Of a stretch of DNA of 64,000 nt, positions 1-16,004 are shown piece by piece. The notes below the pieces were generated by a model. It saw only the letters and a list, made by a program, of their open reading frames with translations, was not told the DNA's origin and ran no database searches. Source of the DNA: Eledone cirrhosa (lineage: Eukaryota). The DNA lies in the NCBI GenBank assembly GCA_964016885.1, contig OZ024743.1, positions 273,358,001 through 273,422,000 of the forward strand, written 5' to 3'. Numbering within the stretch: position 1 is the stretch's first letter; each line of letters starts with the position of its first letter. Position numbers and translations under genes: made by a program.

Positions 1-106
1 ACCTTAGTATAATCCCAATTATACGTTTGGGATGCTAACTATACGTATTTTGCGGATAGCCAGTTTTATTATTTTATATGAGAGATAATTAAAATACATC
101 TCTCTT

Positions 107-228
107 TCCAAACGATCGTTTCATTATAAGTTTTCTACAAATTGGGAAAATAATGTCCAGGTTATGTAGAAGCCTACACATAGTCCATAGGAATATATAT
201 AGGTGGGCACTTATAAATCATCAGTGGA
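107..228 (-). ncRNA. Type I hammerhead ribozyme with long stem II insertion (PLE pLTR-type)
   Basis: Minus strand reads tcca-CTGATGA-t-ttataagt...(~80 nt)...acttataa-t-GAAA-CGATCG-TT-tgga: 4-bp stem I, intact core boxes, 8-bp stem II base, palindromic stem III. Confidence 0.7.
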
Positions 229-576
229 TATCCGACAAATATCGATATTAAAAAAACCTTACCGACATTAATGTTCAGCGATTGTACCCTTCCGTGCTAG
301 AATGACCGCCAAATTTGAAATTCCAGCAGTCTCACAATGACAAATCTCACACTGCCATCAAGCGGAAAGGGGAGGTCATCGCAAAACATAAAAGAATAAA
401 ATAATATGCACGCGGGTAAATTAATTCTGTCAATAATTTTAACCATGCGTGAAGAACTCAATTGGATATAAAAAATAATTAATATATGCATGTATTATTT
501 ATACACGTATATAGGTATTTTCTTAGTTTAAAAGCTGAGACAAGATACCGGAAGAACAATCAATATTTCATCCCAA

Positions 577-1975
577 TTGACAGATTTAATTGGTATCTTT
601 ATTTTGAACTATTTGAATCGGAAAATTCCTCAACTTCGCCGTGGAATTTATCGTGACAATGGACTCTTTACTATCTTAAATTGCAACATAGTTAACCTTA
701 ATATTATTAAGAACAATATACGTAATCTCTTTAACCAACATAACTTAAAAATTGAATTTGATAACAGCATCAAACTAGCTAATTTATTGGATGTATCTCT
801 TAATCTTGTCACTCCCCTATATTACCCTTACCATAAAAACAATGAGAACCTAAATTATGTTAATTTTAAGTCTAACCACCCCACTAATATTAAGAATGTT
901 ATAGTTAGTAATATTGGAAAAAGAATATCTAACCTATCTTCTAATAAAAACATCTTTGATGCTAACGCCGATTACTATAATAACGCCCTTTCTAAAGCCG
1001 GTTATCCTGATAAAATCAAATATAGTAAAGAAACAAATTCTAGAAGATCTTACAGTAGAATAATTAATCATGATCATTCCAATAACTTTAATAAAAGACC
1101 TAGATACAAAAACATAATCTGGTATAATGCTCCTTTCTCCATCTCTATTAATAATAATATTCCTAAATTATTCTTTAGTGCCTTAAATAAATGCTTCCCT
1201 CCCTCACATATCTATAGTAAAATATTTAACAAACACACTATAAAATTCTCCTATCCGACCTCCTCCAACATCTCCAACATTATCTCTAAACACAACAATA
1301 AAATACTAAATACTAAATCTCTTCCTTCCAACACTGAATATCATAATATTAGTAATAGTACTCCCGACGTCATTGTTAACTCTAGGCTAATTTCTGCAAA
1401 CCCAAATACAACGTCAAACGCAACTTCCTTAAATGTTGTTAATCCCATTCTAAATCAATAAACTATCGTAAATAACTTCTCCAATCCAATCTCTTCTATA
1501 GATAACACTAGGTCACTTGTGAATAACTCTGTTAATCTCTCTAATCGCAATTGTAATTGCCCTGTTAAAAATAAATGTCCTCTCAACAACCATTGTCTTG
1601 AAAAAAAATTAATTTACGAATGTAATGTTATAACTGACACCAATTCCTTTACCTATTTTGGCTCCACTTCCACCTCCTTTAAAGCTCGTCTTTATAATCA
1701 TCATTCGTATTTTAAATACCAACTTAAAAGAACCAACACGGCACTCTCAGAACTCATATGGTCCTTGAAAGACAAAAATATTAACTATAACATCTCTTGG
1801 AAAAAGGTTTCTTCTGCTTCTCATGCTTGAACAGTTCTCTATCCAAGACATGCAATCTCTATTAATGTGAAAAATTTACCATTATATCTAATTTAGATTC
1901 TATAATAAATAGACGCACTGAATCGTTCTCTCTCTGCTTGCATAAATTCCACAGAACATTCCATAAAGTATACAG
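577..1975 (+). pseudogene. 5'-truncated Penelope-like element ORF: RT C-terminal part + Cys linker + GIY-YIG endonuclease (clade tentative, Nematis-like)
   Basis: GIYRDNGL (decayed YxDD), LLDVSLNL, YVNFKSNHP, IIWYNAPFS, IFNKHTIKFSY; same frame after the stop at 1459-61 gives CNCPVKNKCPLNNHC..IYECNV..YFGSTSTSFKARLYNH..LSELIWSLK; frameshifted tail CNLY*CEK..INRRTE..CLH. Confidence 0.85.
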
Positions 1976-2017
1976 CTAATATCTAATACTTTACCAATTT
2001 AAAATCCTTTTCTCAAA

Positions 2018-2071
<54 letters not shown>

Positions 2072-2976
2072 TATTTCTTTAAAAATATACCCATCTTTCT
2101 ACCTTATTTCAATGTTATTTCTTATACATTATATAATACTAGTTACTCATTCTATTTCACTCCTATTTATCACTTCCCTTTCTTTCTTTTCCCTTTTTCT
2201 TTTCTTTTCTCTTTCTTTTAATTTTTAACCCCTAATCTGTACCTTTTCTTCCTAGACACTTCTCAATTATCATTGTGCCTAACTTAGAAACAATTATTAC
2301 ACAGCACAATATATTCTTACTTTATATCACCTTAAAAAAATCCTTCGTAAACATAAACATTTTTTTGACGTTAGATGATTCATCCTCAATTCATTATTTT
2401 TTTCTCCCTTTCATGCTCATCTAACTTATACATATTACACTTATTCATCGTCTCTTCTACTTCTTTCACAACATATCCTTAATTACATTACTATTGCTAT
2501 ATTTTTATATTTTTGAATAATACATATCAACATTTTCTTTCCATCGCACATATTATTAAACCCTTAAATATTATTCTTAATAAATATTAACAATTTCTTT
2601 TCATCGTACATATTATTAAACCCTTAAATATACAAACCTTAATTTAACATTATTCTAAATTTTTCTCTTCGTTAATTTTCAAATTCTTTTAATTTATATA
2701 TTATCTTCCAACGGTTTTCAACCTCTCTATGTAAAACAATATATTTTTCTCACTTATAAAAGCTATCTCTCTCTCTCTATCATCCATCTCTCCTCCTATC
2801 TCATCCTTCCTCATTATACTCCTCACCTTCCACTTTTTACTCTCATCTCTTCCTCCTTTTCACCCCCCCCCCTCAATTATTTTCCCAATATCACATCAAT
2901 CTAAAACTTCTTTTCATATGTTGATTTAAAACTGCACTATTCACAAGTGTGTTTTAAACTTCATATCTTGTCTCCC

Positions 2977-3046
2977 TATTTTATCTGATGAAAACGCAAA
3001 TGTTATTGCATGATGATATTTGTTTTTGAAATGCGCATAATAAATA
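2977..3046 (+). ncRNA. Type I hammerhead ribozyme in the 3' UTR/pLTR of the 577-1975 PLE
   Basis: tattttat-CTGATGA(2985-91)-long GU-rich stem II-GAAA(3028-31)-TGCGCA-TA-ataaata; follows a pyrimidine-rich 3' UTR and precedes (TA)n. Confidence 0.75.
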
Positions 3047-3074
3047 CATGGAACACTTTTAACCATCTTTTGAT

Positions 3075-3365
<291 letters not shown>

Positions 3366-5547
3366 AGTATATTTGGCAATGTACTGTATGCTTAATTAAA
3401 AACATTCGGAAGTTCATTCGCTATGAGGTTTAAAGTAGTGAATATGTCAATTACTTATTCTCGTCAAAAGCAAAGGAGAGTGTTCGACAGCCATGTTTTT
3501 CGCTCATTAGCGTTTATCAAGACCACTCACTCCTTCGCTACTGCCGAGAGTTATAGAAGCTGGATTCTTATAGAATACCAGTTATATATATATATGAATG
3601 ACGTAAAATAAGAAAATTATAAAAATTAACTTACTCACTAAATTTTGACTCCAACTAATTAGTTTCTGAAAGGGAATAAACATAGTTTCCAAAAGGAAAG
3701 CATGGAGAAGCCGTTTCGTCATCAGGAAGTCTGTTCTCAGCTAAGATACCTGGCGATGCCTGGACACAGGGAACTTATACAAAAATAATTCAGTGGTTGG
3801 AAAAAGGCAAGCGTGGACTAAATTCCAAGACATTGAACAGATCACTGCCTACTTGGTCGGTGGCAAATTCAAAAGAGTCAATCACGTGACATCGAGGTTA
3901 TTCAATGAGGAGTGGGGTGTTAAAAAGACAGTAGCCAAGCTATGAACTATAGTAGCGTTTTTGGCAAATTTTTGCTCAACAAAATAATTTGGAGATAATT
4001 ATAAAGAATTAGTATATCTACCAACATATATATATTCTTTATATATATATATATTACCAACACGAAGTAGTCTTCCTCAGTGATTAACGTGTGTCGGCGC
4101 TCTTACTAGTTGGATTTGAGTTTTAATAATACGATTTGTCCATTATATTCCTTAAGCTTCGGCTCTTAATTAGTTTAACTCCCAGGGCATTTAAATTGTA
4201 AGTTGAACTTTATCACTCTGTTTTCTAGTTCCATATAATTATTGTTTGTTGTACTGTATTTATTTTCTATTTGAAAGTACCCTGGTAAAGTGCTTTTCTT
4301 AATCGTCATATATTCTTTCAATGTGAATCATTTGCCATCGTGTGTTCCCTTAGATGATCAGGCACGGCTTATCTTCACTTTGATGTGATGTCACTAGAAG
4401 TTGTAAACTACTATATTCACTTGCTTCAGAAACTGAAGGTAGTGGCACGCCATTTTGGTCTGTCTTTCCATTACAGGTGACGATCTCCCGTTGACGACAT
4501 GGTTCCACGTCAAATGACGTAATGTAATTTAACATACCCAATTTTCTGCATATGGTTCCTCCAATTGGAACTGCAGAAACTGATGCATAGGTTCAGTTAT
4601 ATTTACAATCTTACCCACATGAAGTCGTCTTCCTCACTGATTAACTAATGTACACGGTCAAACAGTTGGATTTGTATTTTAATAATACGAACTTAATTGT
4701 TCTAACCACTAAGGCATGCATCTTCACTGTTAAAACAAAAGAAAATATATACGACTTCCCTTTCATTTTTCAAAAAACTTATGTAGTTTAGGGGTATTCA
4801 GTGAGAATCGATAACAACAGGATAATAGAATGAACTCGATAGATAATGAACACAACCACAAGGATATGGTCCGAACCTGGAAGAGCCGAACGCCCACTGT
4901 CATCGCTTCCATCTCTCCGTATGGTGAGCAATTGGGGTCCCACGTTCTGGCCTCCCCACAGCCTCGGCGGACAGAATGGAGAATCTAGCTGAACTTATCA
5001 AGGGGTACAGTGCATATATGGGCATGCGGTCAAAATAAAAAATAAATGCAAAACGAATCTGTAGCCAAGTAAATTCCTCAAAAGGCCTGAAAGTGTCAAT
5101 TTAACATGTATTTCAGAGATATCGGCAAACATTAACAAAAGGAAAAAACATTGAATGTTGGCTAATGAGTTTCTTTAAGAGGTCTGACGCTATAGTTAGT
5201 GGTGTTGCATAAGCGGTAGTGTAATATCAGTTCGTAGGCCGATACACGTTGACTCTGTATACCGTACCCTCCATTGCAGCTCTCCGGTAATACCTACAAG
5301 TAAATTAGTGCTTCATGCTTAATCTATGATTAATATATCTAGAAAGGCATCATAGCTATCTGTTCGTCCGGTTCCATAGGGCTGTATATATATTTTAGCA
5401 AGAGGGAATATATTCCGCATTTACCTAAGGAGGATTAGGAACTGTTTACAATAGTGTAAGTATGCTAAGAACCACCTAAGTGTAATTAGAAAGTGTGTAA
5501 ATAAGAAAGAAAATATTCTATTTCTACCTATATATATATACGTAAGT

Positions 5548-6030
5548 TTAGGAATAACCAAAGTGTGTTAAGAAATACATTGTTTTATTAGCTAACAGTG
5601 TTTCATCCATACCCTCTGGCAGGAATCATCAGCGCCTACAAACAAAAATATATCAGAGGTTGCAGGCTCCATGAAGCTCAGTCACCAGAACAAGGATAAA
5701 GGACAAGTAGGAGGGTCCCAAGGCCAACGCTATATAGAAAAACACAATACATGACGCACATAATGTCATAAAATGTCATAACAAATTACATTAAAAATGT
5801 ATCACATAAATGGTGCAATAGATGATAAGGAGGTTGAGATAGGATATCAAGAAATGAGTGAGGGTGTTACTCAGCATGATAAAAAAAAAAAAAAAGCAAC
5901 AAAAATCAAAACAAACAAAGCATAGATACATCAATTCACAAGCAGTGAAAATACAGGATGTACAGGCTGAGTATAAGAGCTTGCAAGCATGAGACCGTGA
6001 AAAGAAAAGTTGGTTAGCTGTGGTGCAGCT
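5548..6030 (-). mobile_element. 3' end fragment of an HHR-bearing repeat family (diverged copy of 16755-17355); HHR at 5591-5635
   Basis: Reverse complement aligns by eye with 16755-17355; minus strand reads CTGATGA-ttcctgccagagggtatgga-t-GAAAC-act-GTT-agc-taataaa. Confidence 0.7.
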
Positions 6031-7499
6031 TTACATGTAAGATTGTCTATAGGAAGGATTGTATATATATACACACACATATATATATTTCTGCCTATAT
6101 ATATATATATTGTTTTTTATTTATTTATGTATGCTTATCTTTGTGTGTGACTGTGTGTTCATGTGTGGATGTATATACACACTAAATGTTCCAATCGAAT
6201 TTTAAAATAACATTTATTCTTATCTTAACAACATCCGAAATCAATACAAGCTTTACATATAAACACATTTCTTATAATGTTTTGTATCCAACATTTACGT
6301 TTATCCTTCAATCCGTTGTAAATATGTTTACATATATCACCTCATTTGAAATGTTCTGCTAAAATATTCAAAACACTCTTCTAATTTTTTCTATTATCGC
6401 GAATAAGGTAAACTATATTCCATGTATCATGTCATAAATAATATATTATATTCGTTTAGATATATTTTAAATTATTCCTTTCTCAGTTTCTCTCAATCCC
6501 ACTCAGTACACTCGTTTTAACATTTCTCTTCTTGCTACTCACTTTTATATTCGTTCTTCGCCAATTTCTCATTACGCATATTAAGGAAAACTAAATTTGA
6601 CATCGCTAAATTACTGTTAATCGTATATCCATCACACCATTGATTTTTTTCTTCCCTCTCTAGCTCTCACTAGTTTCCTACTCATTTTTAAACAACAAAT
6701 GTCATTTGCAAACATAATTAATTAATTTCCTCTTTACATTTATATAAGTTCGAATCTATCTTTAATCTAGAAATACTGTTTCATTCATTTAAAAATATCT
6801 TAATATCTTAACATCATCCAGATGCCGAAATGCAAGACGATGAATATCAGAATTACCCTCGAGGTCTCCGCGTCCAGTTGTATAAACCCCCTCTCTCTTC
6901 CTTATTCAAACACACTCACACCTATGTAAACTCAGGGTAACAGACTTCCATCCTCATCCGATTCAGTTAATCAAATACGAATATCAGCTTACAGTGAGAG
7001 AAGAGACCACTTCGCAAAAAAATGCGTACACAAAAAAATAAAATCCTAAAAATATATTTTACTTCATCAGACCGCAGACATTCAAGAACATTAAAATCAC
7101 ACACACACCAATCACTGACACTCCCAGCATCAAAACAATCCCCAGCTGTACTATCTACACCAACTACATCACTTCATCACCTACATCACCTACTCCACTT
7201 TATCATCTACCCACTTCACCACCTACACCATCTACACTACTTCATCACCTACACCACTTCACCACCTACATGACCAACGCTAGTACAACCTCAACCACCA
7301 TAAAAAATGAAACTTGCTCAAGAAAAGATCAAGGACACAGATACAAAATATCATCAAACTACAAATAACACACATCGTTGTTTGTGTAAGCGAGAAGGGG
7401 GGGAACGAAAAACTGATATCCCTCAATAGTAGAAAGTGAGTACATAGAAAGCGAGGAGAAGGTTGTTAAGACATGGGGTAATGGCATAGATTCATCTAG

Positions 7500-9350
7500 A
7501 TCGCATTTAGATGTTTCGTATTGGGTTAGCAGCTAAGGGCAACGTAATGTGTGAACTGTTTCAAATCGTTACCTATTCAGAATCCAAAGTTGTGATTTGC
7601 ATGATCAACTTAGATAAAATACGTTATCAGGGACTCGGCTACTTGAACTCAGTGCTTATTTCCAAGTTATACAGAGACCAGATTAGCAAATTAGTTAAGC
7701 GAGAGTTACGTCGGACGATCGTCATCAATGAGGGTGATGTACTCCCCAGAGTGCGATTGTAGATTTAACAAAGCTGTAGGAATAAAAAAAATTGAATATA
7801 GGTGACTTAATAAGTACACTAGAAAAGGCGATTAGGAGTGGTACTGCAATCGAATTGCTAGCTGCAAGAATGGTTACCATTTCTTCAATGCGAAACATGG
7901 AGGTGTGTTTTCTCAGACCTAAGACTCGTCTTTGATGAAATGAGGGAACGAACGCTGCTTCATGGGCCCAAGTTGCAGAGGCGCAGTGTGGCAACAAGCC
8001 ACGTATCGGTCTTCGACGAACCGAAACGGGTTCCTGCTGCTCAGTTCCAAGAAGATGTGTGCGGCTTTTCAGCGATACTTTGTATGACACTTCGGGGCGA
8101 GCGGGTAGCGAATATGGTAGAAGACTACATTTTCTACATAGACAACATGCAGCGACTCTCAGTGGCAGTTGCAAAGTGCTGGGAAAAGCCGAGAGAACAG
8201 AGGCTGAGATACAAGAAAATCTTGACCGGCTATAGGATATGAACATTTCCCTGTTTAGATGATAGGTCCTACAAGATTTACGTATACATGCCCAACTTGT
8301 TCTCTGATATACTGAAAGCTGTCTACTGCAAATGCTAGCAGAACGGGACGTTATAGATAATTTCGGGCCTATCGCTCTGCTCAACACAGACATTATGATG
8401 TTGAGTCGTCTATCGGTAACTTGAGGCTGTCCTCAAAACAGCCGGTTACGCTTCCCTCGGCAGATGCCGAGTCGCTACAATGCATGGGGACTCTCCTGAA
8501 TAATCATCAGAGTAAATAGCCACATGTAGGAACCGTTTCAAATCACTCGCTTGGTCCATCAAGGATGACCCCTAGTTTCTGTATGTGTTGACCTTCGAGT
8601 TATTACTGTGGAAGTGGTCAGACGTTTTATAGAGGACTAGTGGTAGGCAGAAGCGACGAACTCTTCGAGTGAGTCAATGTCTCGACGAGAACGAACTAGC
8701 TAATCAGTTCCGAAAAGCGTTCAGTCCGCGGACAATGGACTATGTCAAGAACTTCCTGGTACGGACGTGCTGTCAGACGGAGATATCCGAGATATGTGCA
8801 GAGCGAAGAAAGCGTTCTGCGCGCATTAGTCTATTGCTCGGGAGTTGCTGACATGTCGAGTTTTGCCGAATAGCTATTGTCGCATGTAGGACAGATCCGG
8901 CTCCCTACCGACACCGTTGGTAAGATTGCACTGCTATCTTCTTTTGGCCGGGTAGGGTTGACAGGTTATCTCTATTTGGATGATGTGTCGAAAGAGGTTT
9001 TGTGGGGAACATGGTTGAAAGACAAACACTTTCCTCTTCGGTCAAGCCTTCCAAAATTGTTTTTCTGTTCCACATGTAAAGAAAGATGAAGAATGAGAGA
9101 GAAGTGCTGCTTCCAAGGACATTTTTTGAAAGGTGGCTGAATGGACCTATTTTGATTGAGCGCCTGTAGTCTGACAGATTTGAAGAGGAGACGGGTACCC
9201 TCCCATGCTCCTCTTGGAGATTAGTGTGGTTTAGTCTGATTGGTTACCAGTCGGTGGTATTTCCGCCTTTTGATCAATTATATCGTTATGAATTTGTTAA
9301 CTGTTGCGTGTCATATTTTTGTATGTTGTATGTAAATCCCCACTATAACT
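7500..9350 (+). pseudogene. Highly decayed L1/Tx1-like non-LTR retrotransposon ORF2 and 3' UTR
   Basis: QGLGYLNSVLISKLYRDQI (cf. GxGYWKLNxSLL); FGPIALLNTDIMMLSRL at ~8362 (cf. RPISLLNTDYKIL); C-terminal NEREVLLPRTFFERWL at ~9090; many stops and frameshifts. Confidence 0.55.
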
Positions 9351-9828
9351 GTTGATGTATTGTCCTTTATATTTCAGTCCTAGTCGCTAACAAAGATATA
9401 GCACTACTACTACTAATAATAATTTTTATTATAATTGATGTTGATGTTATCGTTGTTCTTGATGTTGTTGTTGAATCATCATCATCATATCAATGTCAGT
9501 CATCATATCGGTTTCATGTAATATACGTTGTCGTAGATTGGTTATAAAGATGTCGACATATAGATATTTTATAATTTCGCAAATTAGTAATGAAATATTC
9601 CCGTTAGAGATCAACTGATCAGATACTCAGCATTTAATTCATTTTTCTCTTTTTATTCTCCACTTTCTCACACTCTGCTCCTCTTCCTATCAGTCTCACT
9701 ATCCATCTTTCTCTTAGGTAACTCCCATTTACTTTGTACAAAATGCCTACGGTGTTTTGACCTTCATTTAAATCACTATTTCCTCTTTCAAGTTAGAAAC
9801 CTTAAGGCATAATTCATTATAGCTTTAG

Positions 9829-9894
<66 letters not shown>

Positions 9895-10796
9895 CTATTT
9901 ATATATCTAACACAAAACCTTCCTTTTTCAGATATGCTTTAATATACCTTTTTCAATTTGATTGCTACGAATGAAATATGCTAAAAGATGATTCTATTAC
10001 AGATAGTATCACAGAAATAGACACACAAAAATATATAGATAAAATTCTCATGATGTCATTGAGATTGTTGCTGACAGTAATCCAACGATTGCTGTTGCTA
10101 TAGTGAACGTTAAGGTTGAGATAGTGAAAGTAGAATGATAATGGAACATAGTCAGGTGACATTTACAAAGTCTATTGCACAGCATTCTCACATATATGCT
10201 TCATATATTCCTAATATTTCGAATTGCCTTAATTAAACGAGAGATTGAGAATGAAATGATTCGTAAGCATAGTAGCAATACTGGTTATCATAATCATACA
10301 AAAACCTTCATAATTTTCTTAAAACACATTTCTGCGTACAATACACAGTTAATTGTAACCGCAGTATTACTTCAAATACACCCCAAGGTTCTGTTTATTT
10401 AAAATTATACTCCATTGCTATACAGTTTGGAAGACCATATGTTGTTTTTTTACATCGGAAAAAAGGAAAAGGGGGAACACATTGCATGTGATATGATTTT
10501 CTCAGGAGATGAATTAAGTCATGAACTAGTTCAAGTAAAGAACATGGATATACTGTATTAGTGCTTCATCACTAATGCATAAGTAATGGAATGTTATACA
10601 AATATGACTGTCACAGCAAATCTATTTCCAACATTAAAAAAATATGTGAAGAAATCACGCACAGACACACACCCTTGCAAACATTCGCAAACAAACTCAT
10701 ATAGACATATATTATAATGAGTTTTAATATACGCAATCATTAATAAACACAAACACATACGCACATGTGTGTGAGTGTGGCTATCGGTATATTTGT

Positions 10797-11150
10797 AGAG
10801 GTGCCTGACTTAGTGGTTATGGTATTGGTGGCTCACAAAGGTAATGTTGAGAGTTCGATTCCAAGCCCGGGCGGTTAAAGATGCATAATTTCACGTATAA
10901 TTTTTTTTTTACATATATTATTTGACTTGATTATTCACGTGTGAGATACCTTATTGTTCAAGCAAGATACTTTATTTCACATTGCTCCAGCACATACAGC
11001 TGCAGTGCGACCTCAGTCACGCCTAGTGGCACTTGAATTTCCCTTGTACAACGTTGGCAGCATAGAGAAGAGAGTCATGCAAGCATTGGCGACTGGTGTG
11101 TTTCAATAAAACAGGTCACACAGGCTTGCAACATCTAAAAGAATATTTTA
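10797..11150 (+). mobile_element. Decayed tRNA-derived SINE (second family; related copy ~29715-29990)
   Basis: A-box-like tgacttagtggtta and B-box-like gagttcgattcc; same head at 29724; shared ttatttc..g/ttgctccag core. Confidence 0.55.
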
Positions 11151-11197
11151 GGGGAAATTTCATCATCAGTTATAACCGAATGGGGTCACATGCACAG

Positions 11198-11310
<113 letters not shown>

Positions 11311-11414
11311 CGAGAGAGAGAGAGGGGGAGAGAGAGAGGGAGAGAGAGAGAATTAGAATTTAGCTTCGAAAATAACTGTATACAAATATGTATTTGAATT
11401 TCGTATTTCTAAAG

Positions 11415-11860
11415 AAATACGGTATATTTATAAATAAACATTTAGAAAACCGTAGCTGCGAATAACACATTGGCAGCTAAGGCCACCAGATGGTGCTCAG
11501 CAGGAGCAAGGAGGATAATCGTTGATGCATTTTGAACTCAATTGGTTCACGTCAGGAGAATCTTTCCCGCTCTATCGATAGCCGGGCTTTGAGAACAGGT
11601 GAAAATATTTAGTTTTTTCGTCTGTGTAAATGAGGAGATTGATCTCATTTGCATATGAAGCTGTATAAGTTGGCTCAACTTATAATAGACTGGCAGTTGC
11701 AAGAGCGGGAGGGATCGTCCCGACGATAACCAGTTGAGTTCTAAATGCATCGACTATTGCTTCACTTGCCTCTGTCGGGCACTGACTGGTGGCGTTAGCT
11801 GCCAGTACGTTATTCATAGCTATGGCTTTCTAAATGTTTGTTTATAAACATACTGTATTT
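11415..11860. mobile_element. Old fold-back element (arms ~11415-11575 / 11702-11860) with decayed HHR
   Basis: Arms are diverged reverse complements; right arm gtc-CCGACGA-taac..gttc-TAAA-TGCA-TC-gac (11717-11754); ends at (TA)n. Confidence 0.7.
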
Positions 11861-11983
11861 ATATATATATATATATATATATTTATTAAAATAAATATTT
11901 GCTCTACGGTTCTTATATATATCTGATATATATTTATCCTTATCGAGCCCTCTTTGGATTTTAGTCTTCAAATTTATTATTAT

Positions 11984-12038
<55 letters not shown>

Positions 12039-12505
12039 TGAGCACGCGTGCCATCGTCAAATACTATACTGCGACGAGATAGCGAGATGGAGAGAAAGAA
12101 ACATTGAGAGAGGGAGATAGAGAGGGGATGAGTGGTAGTTTCCAGTACTTGACTAATAATATTTTTATCGAAAGCAAATTGACTTCGGTGGGATTTGAAC
12201 TTAGCGGACAGAAATGCAGAATACATTCCACAAAACCTTCTAACTGATTCCCTATAATCTTTGCTAATTCTCCTTCTATATACGTATATAGAGAGTACTC
12301 TGTTATTTCAGCCAAGCGAAATATTTAATCTATCTTCTATCTTAACATGACACTTTTATATTGTTTTCTTTGACGAGAAACCGAAAAATAGTCTGTAAGA
12401 AACAATATAATATTTTGAATTGCCAGCAAGTGTAAGAATTGACCTCACAATCCGGCTCGAGTTGATTCCCGATGGTTCAATTAGTAGCATACTGCTTTGA
12501 AGGTT

Positions 12506-12637
12506 ATTTTTATTTAATGCAGTTTAAATCTTCCAAGTTCAACGCACTGATTTTTATTTAATGCAGTTTAAATCTTCCAAGTTCAACGCACTGATTTTTA
12601 TTTAATGCAGTTTAAATCTTCCAATTCAACGCACTGA
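12506..12637. repeat. Tandem repeat, 3 x 44 bp
   Basis: Unit atttttatttaatgcagtttaaatcttccaagttcaacgcactg starts at 12506, 12550 and 12594 (third copy has a 1-bp deletion). Confidence 0.9.
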
Positions 12638-13597
12638 TAAATGAGAACGGGAAACCGCCTATTAATTTCTAGAATATTTCTTAAAATATATGATATTTCC
12701 ATAAACATATTATTTGTGAGTTTTTCTGTATTTCCTGGAACATCTGAACCTATTAGTTATATTGATACTAATTACTGAATTACTTAGATCATGCATTTAA
12801 ATATCTATGAAAATATGAAAACATTGAAATTTGTTGGAATAATAATAATCCAAACTCTATAAAACCGTGATCTAATGTCTTGAAAGATCTCACCCGGCAT
12901 AATTTAATCTGAGATATACAATGACACTGAAAAATGAAATACTGAATGGTCATAATGGAATTCTGGGAGAAACGACAGCAATACTATACACAGTAGGCCT
13001 ATTAACTATCATGTATAACATTGAAGTACGCACAAATATGTCTTTAAATTGTAGTACATACGTAGTTCATTGAGAAGGAATCATCTGTTCTTTTCAAAAA
13101 CCATTGCGGACTATTGTTTTCTGTTGTGACAGAAAGTCTAGCGTTTGGAAAGAGTTTAGCACTGATTCCAGCAGATTTTGGTAGCTAGAGTGCTATCGTT
13201 TAGTCAATTTTAAACTTAGCATATAAATAGGCACCAACAACAGGTGGTTAACTGACTCGATTAATAAAGATTCTACAATAGTAGTGTAAATATAAATAGC
13301 TAAATTATAGCAATATAGAGGCAAGCATAACGCAGAAAATCTTATGAACACTTCATACAATATTTGCATAGAAAAGTATCCGTTTATTAGTAATGAAAGA
13401 ATTTGTGCTGCAGCTGAAATACGCTGCCTTCAACAAGTAGTCAGTTGCATTTACTTTTTTTAATTTTTATTTTTATTTTGATTAATGTCTCTCAAGTTTC
13501 CGGCTTAGGTCTTTCCCTTCGCACACCAATGTGTATAAAATCACGATCCAGATTTGGGAAACTTATACTTTTGCTTTCTTCTAAAACCATAGCAATT

Positions 13598-14845
<1,248 letters not shown>

Positions 14846-15903
14846 ATATGTATATTCAGAGTACCTATCGACAAAACCTTCTTCATGTATTATTCAAATT
14901 CGCTAATCAATTCCAATTTGTTTTTCATTTATAACTGGAAATGCATTCCTGTATAGCAGTTAAGTCAAAAGGAAATTTGTGACTGAATAAAGTGTCAGTA
15001 GGTAATTGATAGTGTTACTAATAAAGCGTAGTTCATCATATACGACAGGTTTATGTAAAATAAACATACGAGTTTCACGCTATAATTTTTTTAAGCTGTG
15101 ATCAGGCCACGACTTATCTCAGTAGGAGTGAGACTGTCAATCAGATTTCTCCATCGGTGTCGGGAAATAGTCTAAAGTGTATATACTGCAAATAAAATAT
15201 CCACTGGAAATGCACCTTTGTATACAGTGCGAACGTAACTGGTTAAAACGAGGTAATTAGATGTGACACTAACATAGCGTGATTCATCATACTAGTGGTT
15301 GATTAAATGTCCCTGTTGACGGACATCAATCCATCCAGAAACACTGTCGGGTATTTTGACCGGTACTGAGAAATAGTGAGTCTTTCGTATGTTTATTACA
15401 CATAAGCATATCAAATGTTTTCATATAGACGCCTATGATGAACCATGCTGTATTCGTGTCACTTCTATCTACCGCCTATTGATCAGTGAATTTCCACTAT
15501 ATGCAAATGAGATTCTCCAGACGATGTGTATTTGCACCAGATGCAAATCACCCTTTGTCGCTGATGTTCTATACGCGAAAAACATACAGACTTTGCCCTA
15601 TTTTGTCTCAGTAGCAAGTGAATGAATGTCATCGATGGCAGATAAGCAGAAAAAACAGCTGTATCACATTCTTACTGCTACTGATATAGCTATAACTTTA
15701 CAGGAAAATTGAAAACGCAAGTAGGTGAATGTTTTGTCTCTTGGGCTATTTTACCTGATTTTCTCAACGATAATCTATAGTGATTGACTAACATCTTATA
15801 CCACACATACACATGCATACACACGCATAAACAAACACACACATATATATGCACGCACACGCACGCGCACACACACACACACACACACACGCACACACAC
15901 ACA

Positions 15904-16004
<101 letters not shown>

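Noticed and set aside
1828-1830. In-frame TGA in the PLE GIY-YIG domain as selenocysteine recoding
   Set aside because: It does not align to a conserved Cys and coincides with a frameshift in a copy that has other lesions
3704-3732. Minus-strand CTGATGA-C-GAAA-CGGC-TT
   Set aside because: No stem II and no stem I complementarity; probably chance or too decayed to call
12506-12637. Regular 44-bp repeats as a CRISPR array
   Set aside because: No spacers, eukaryotic context, no cas genes; a simple tandem duplication
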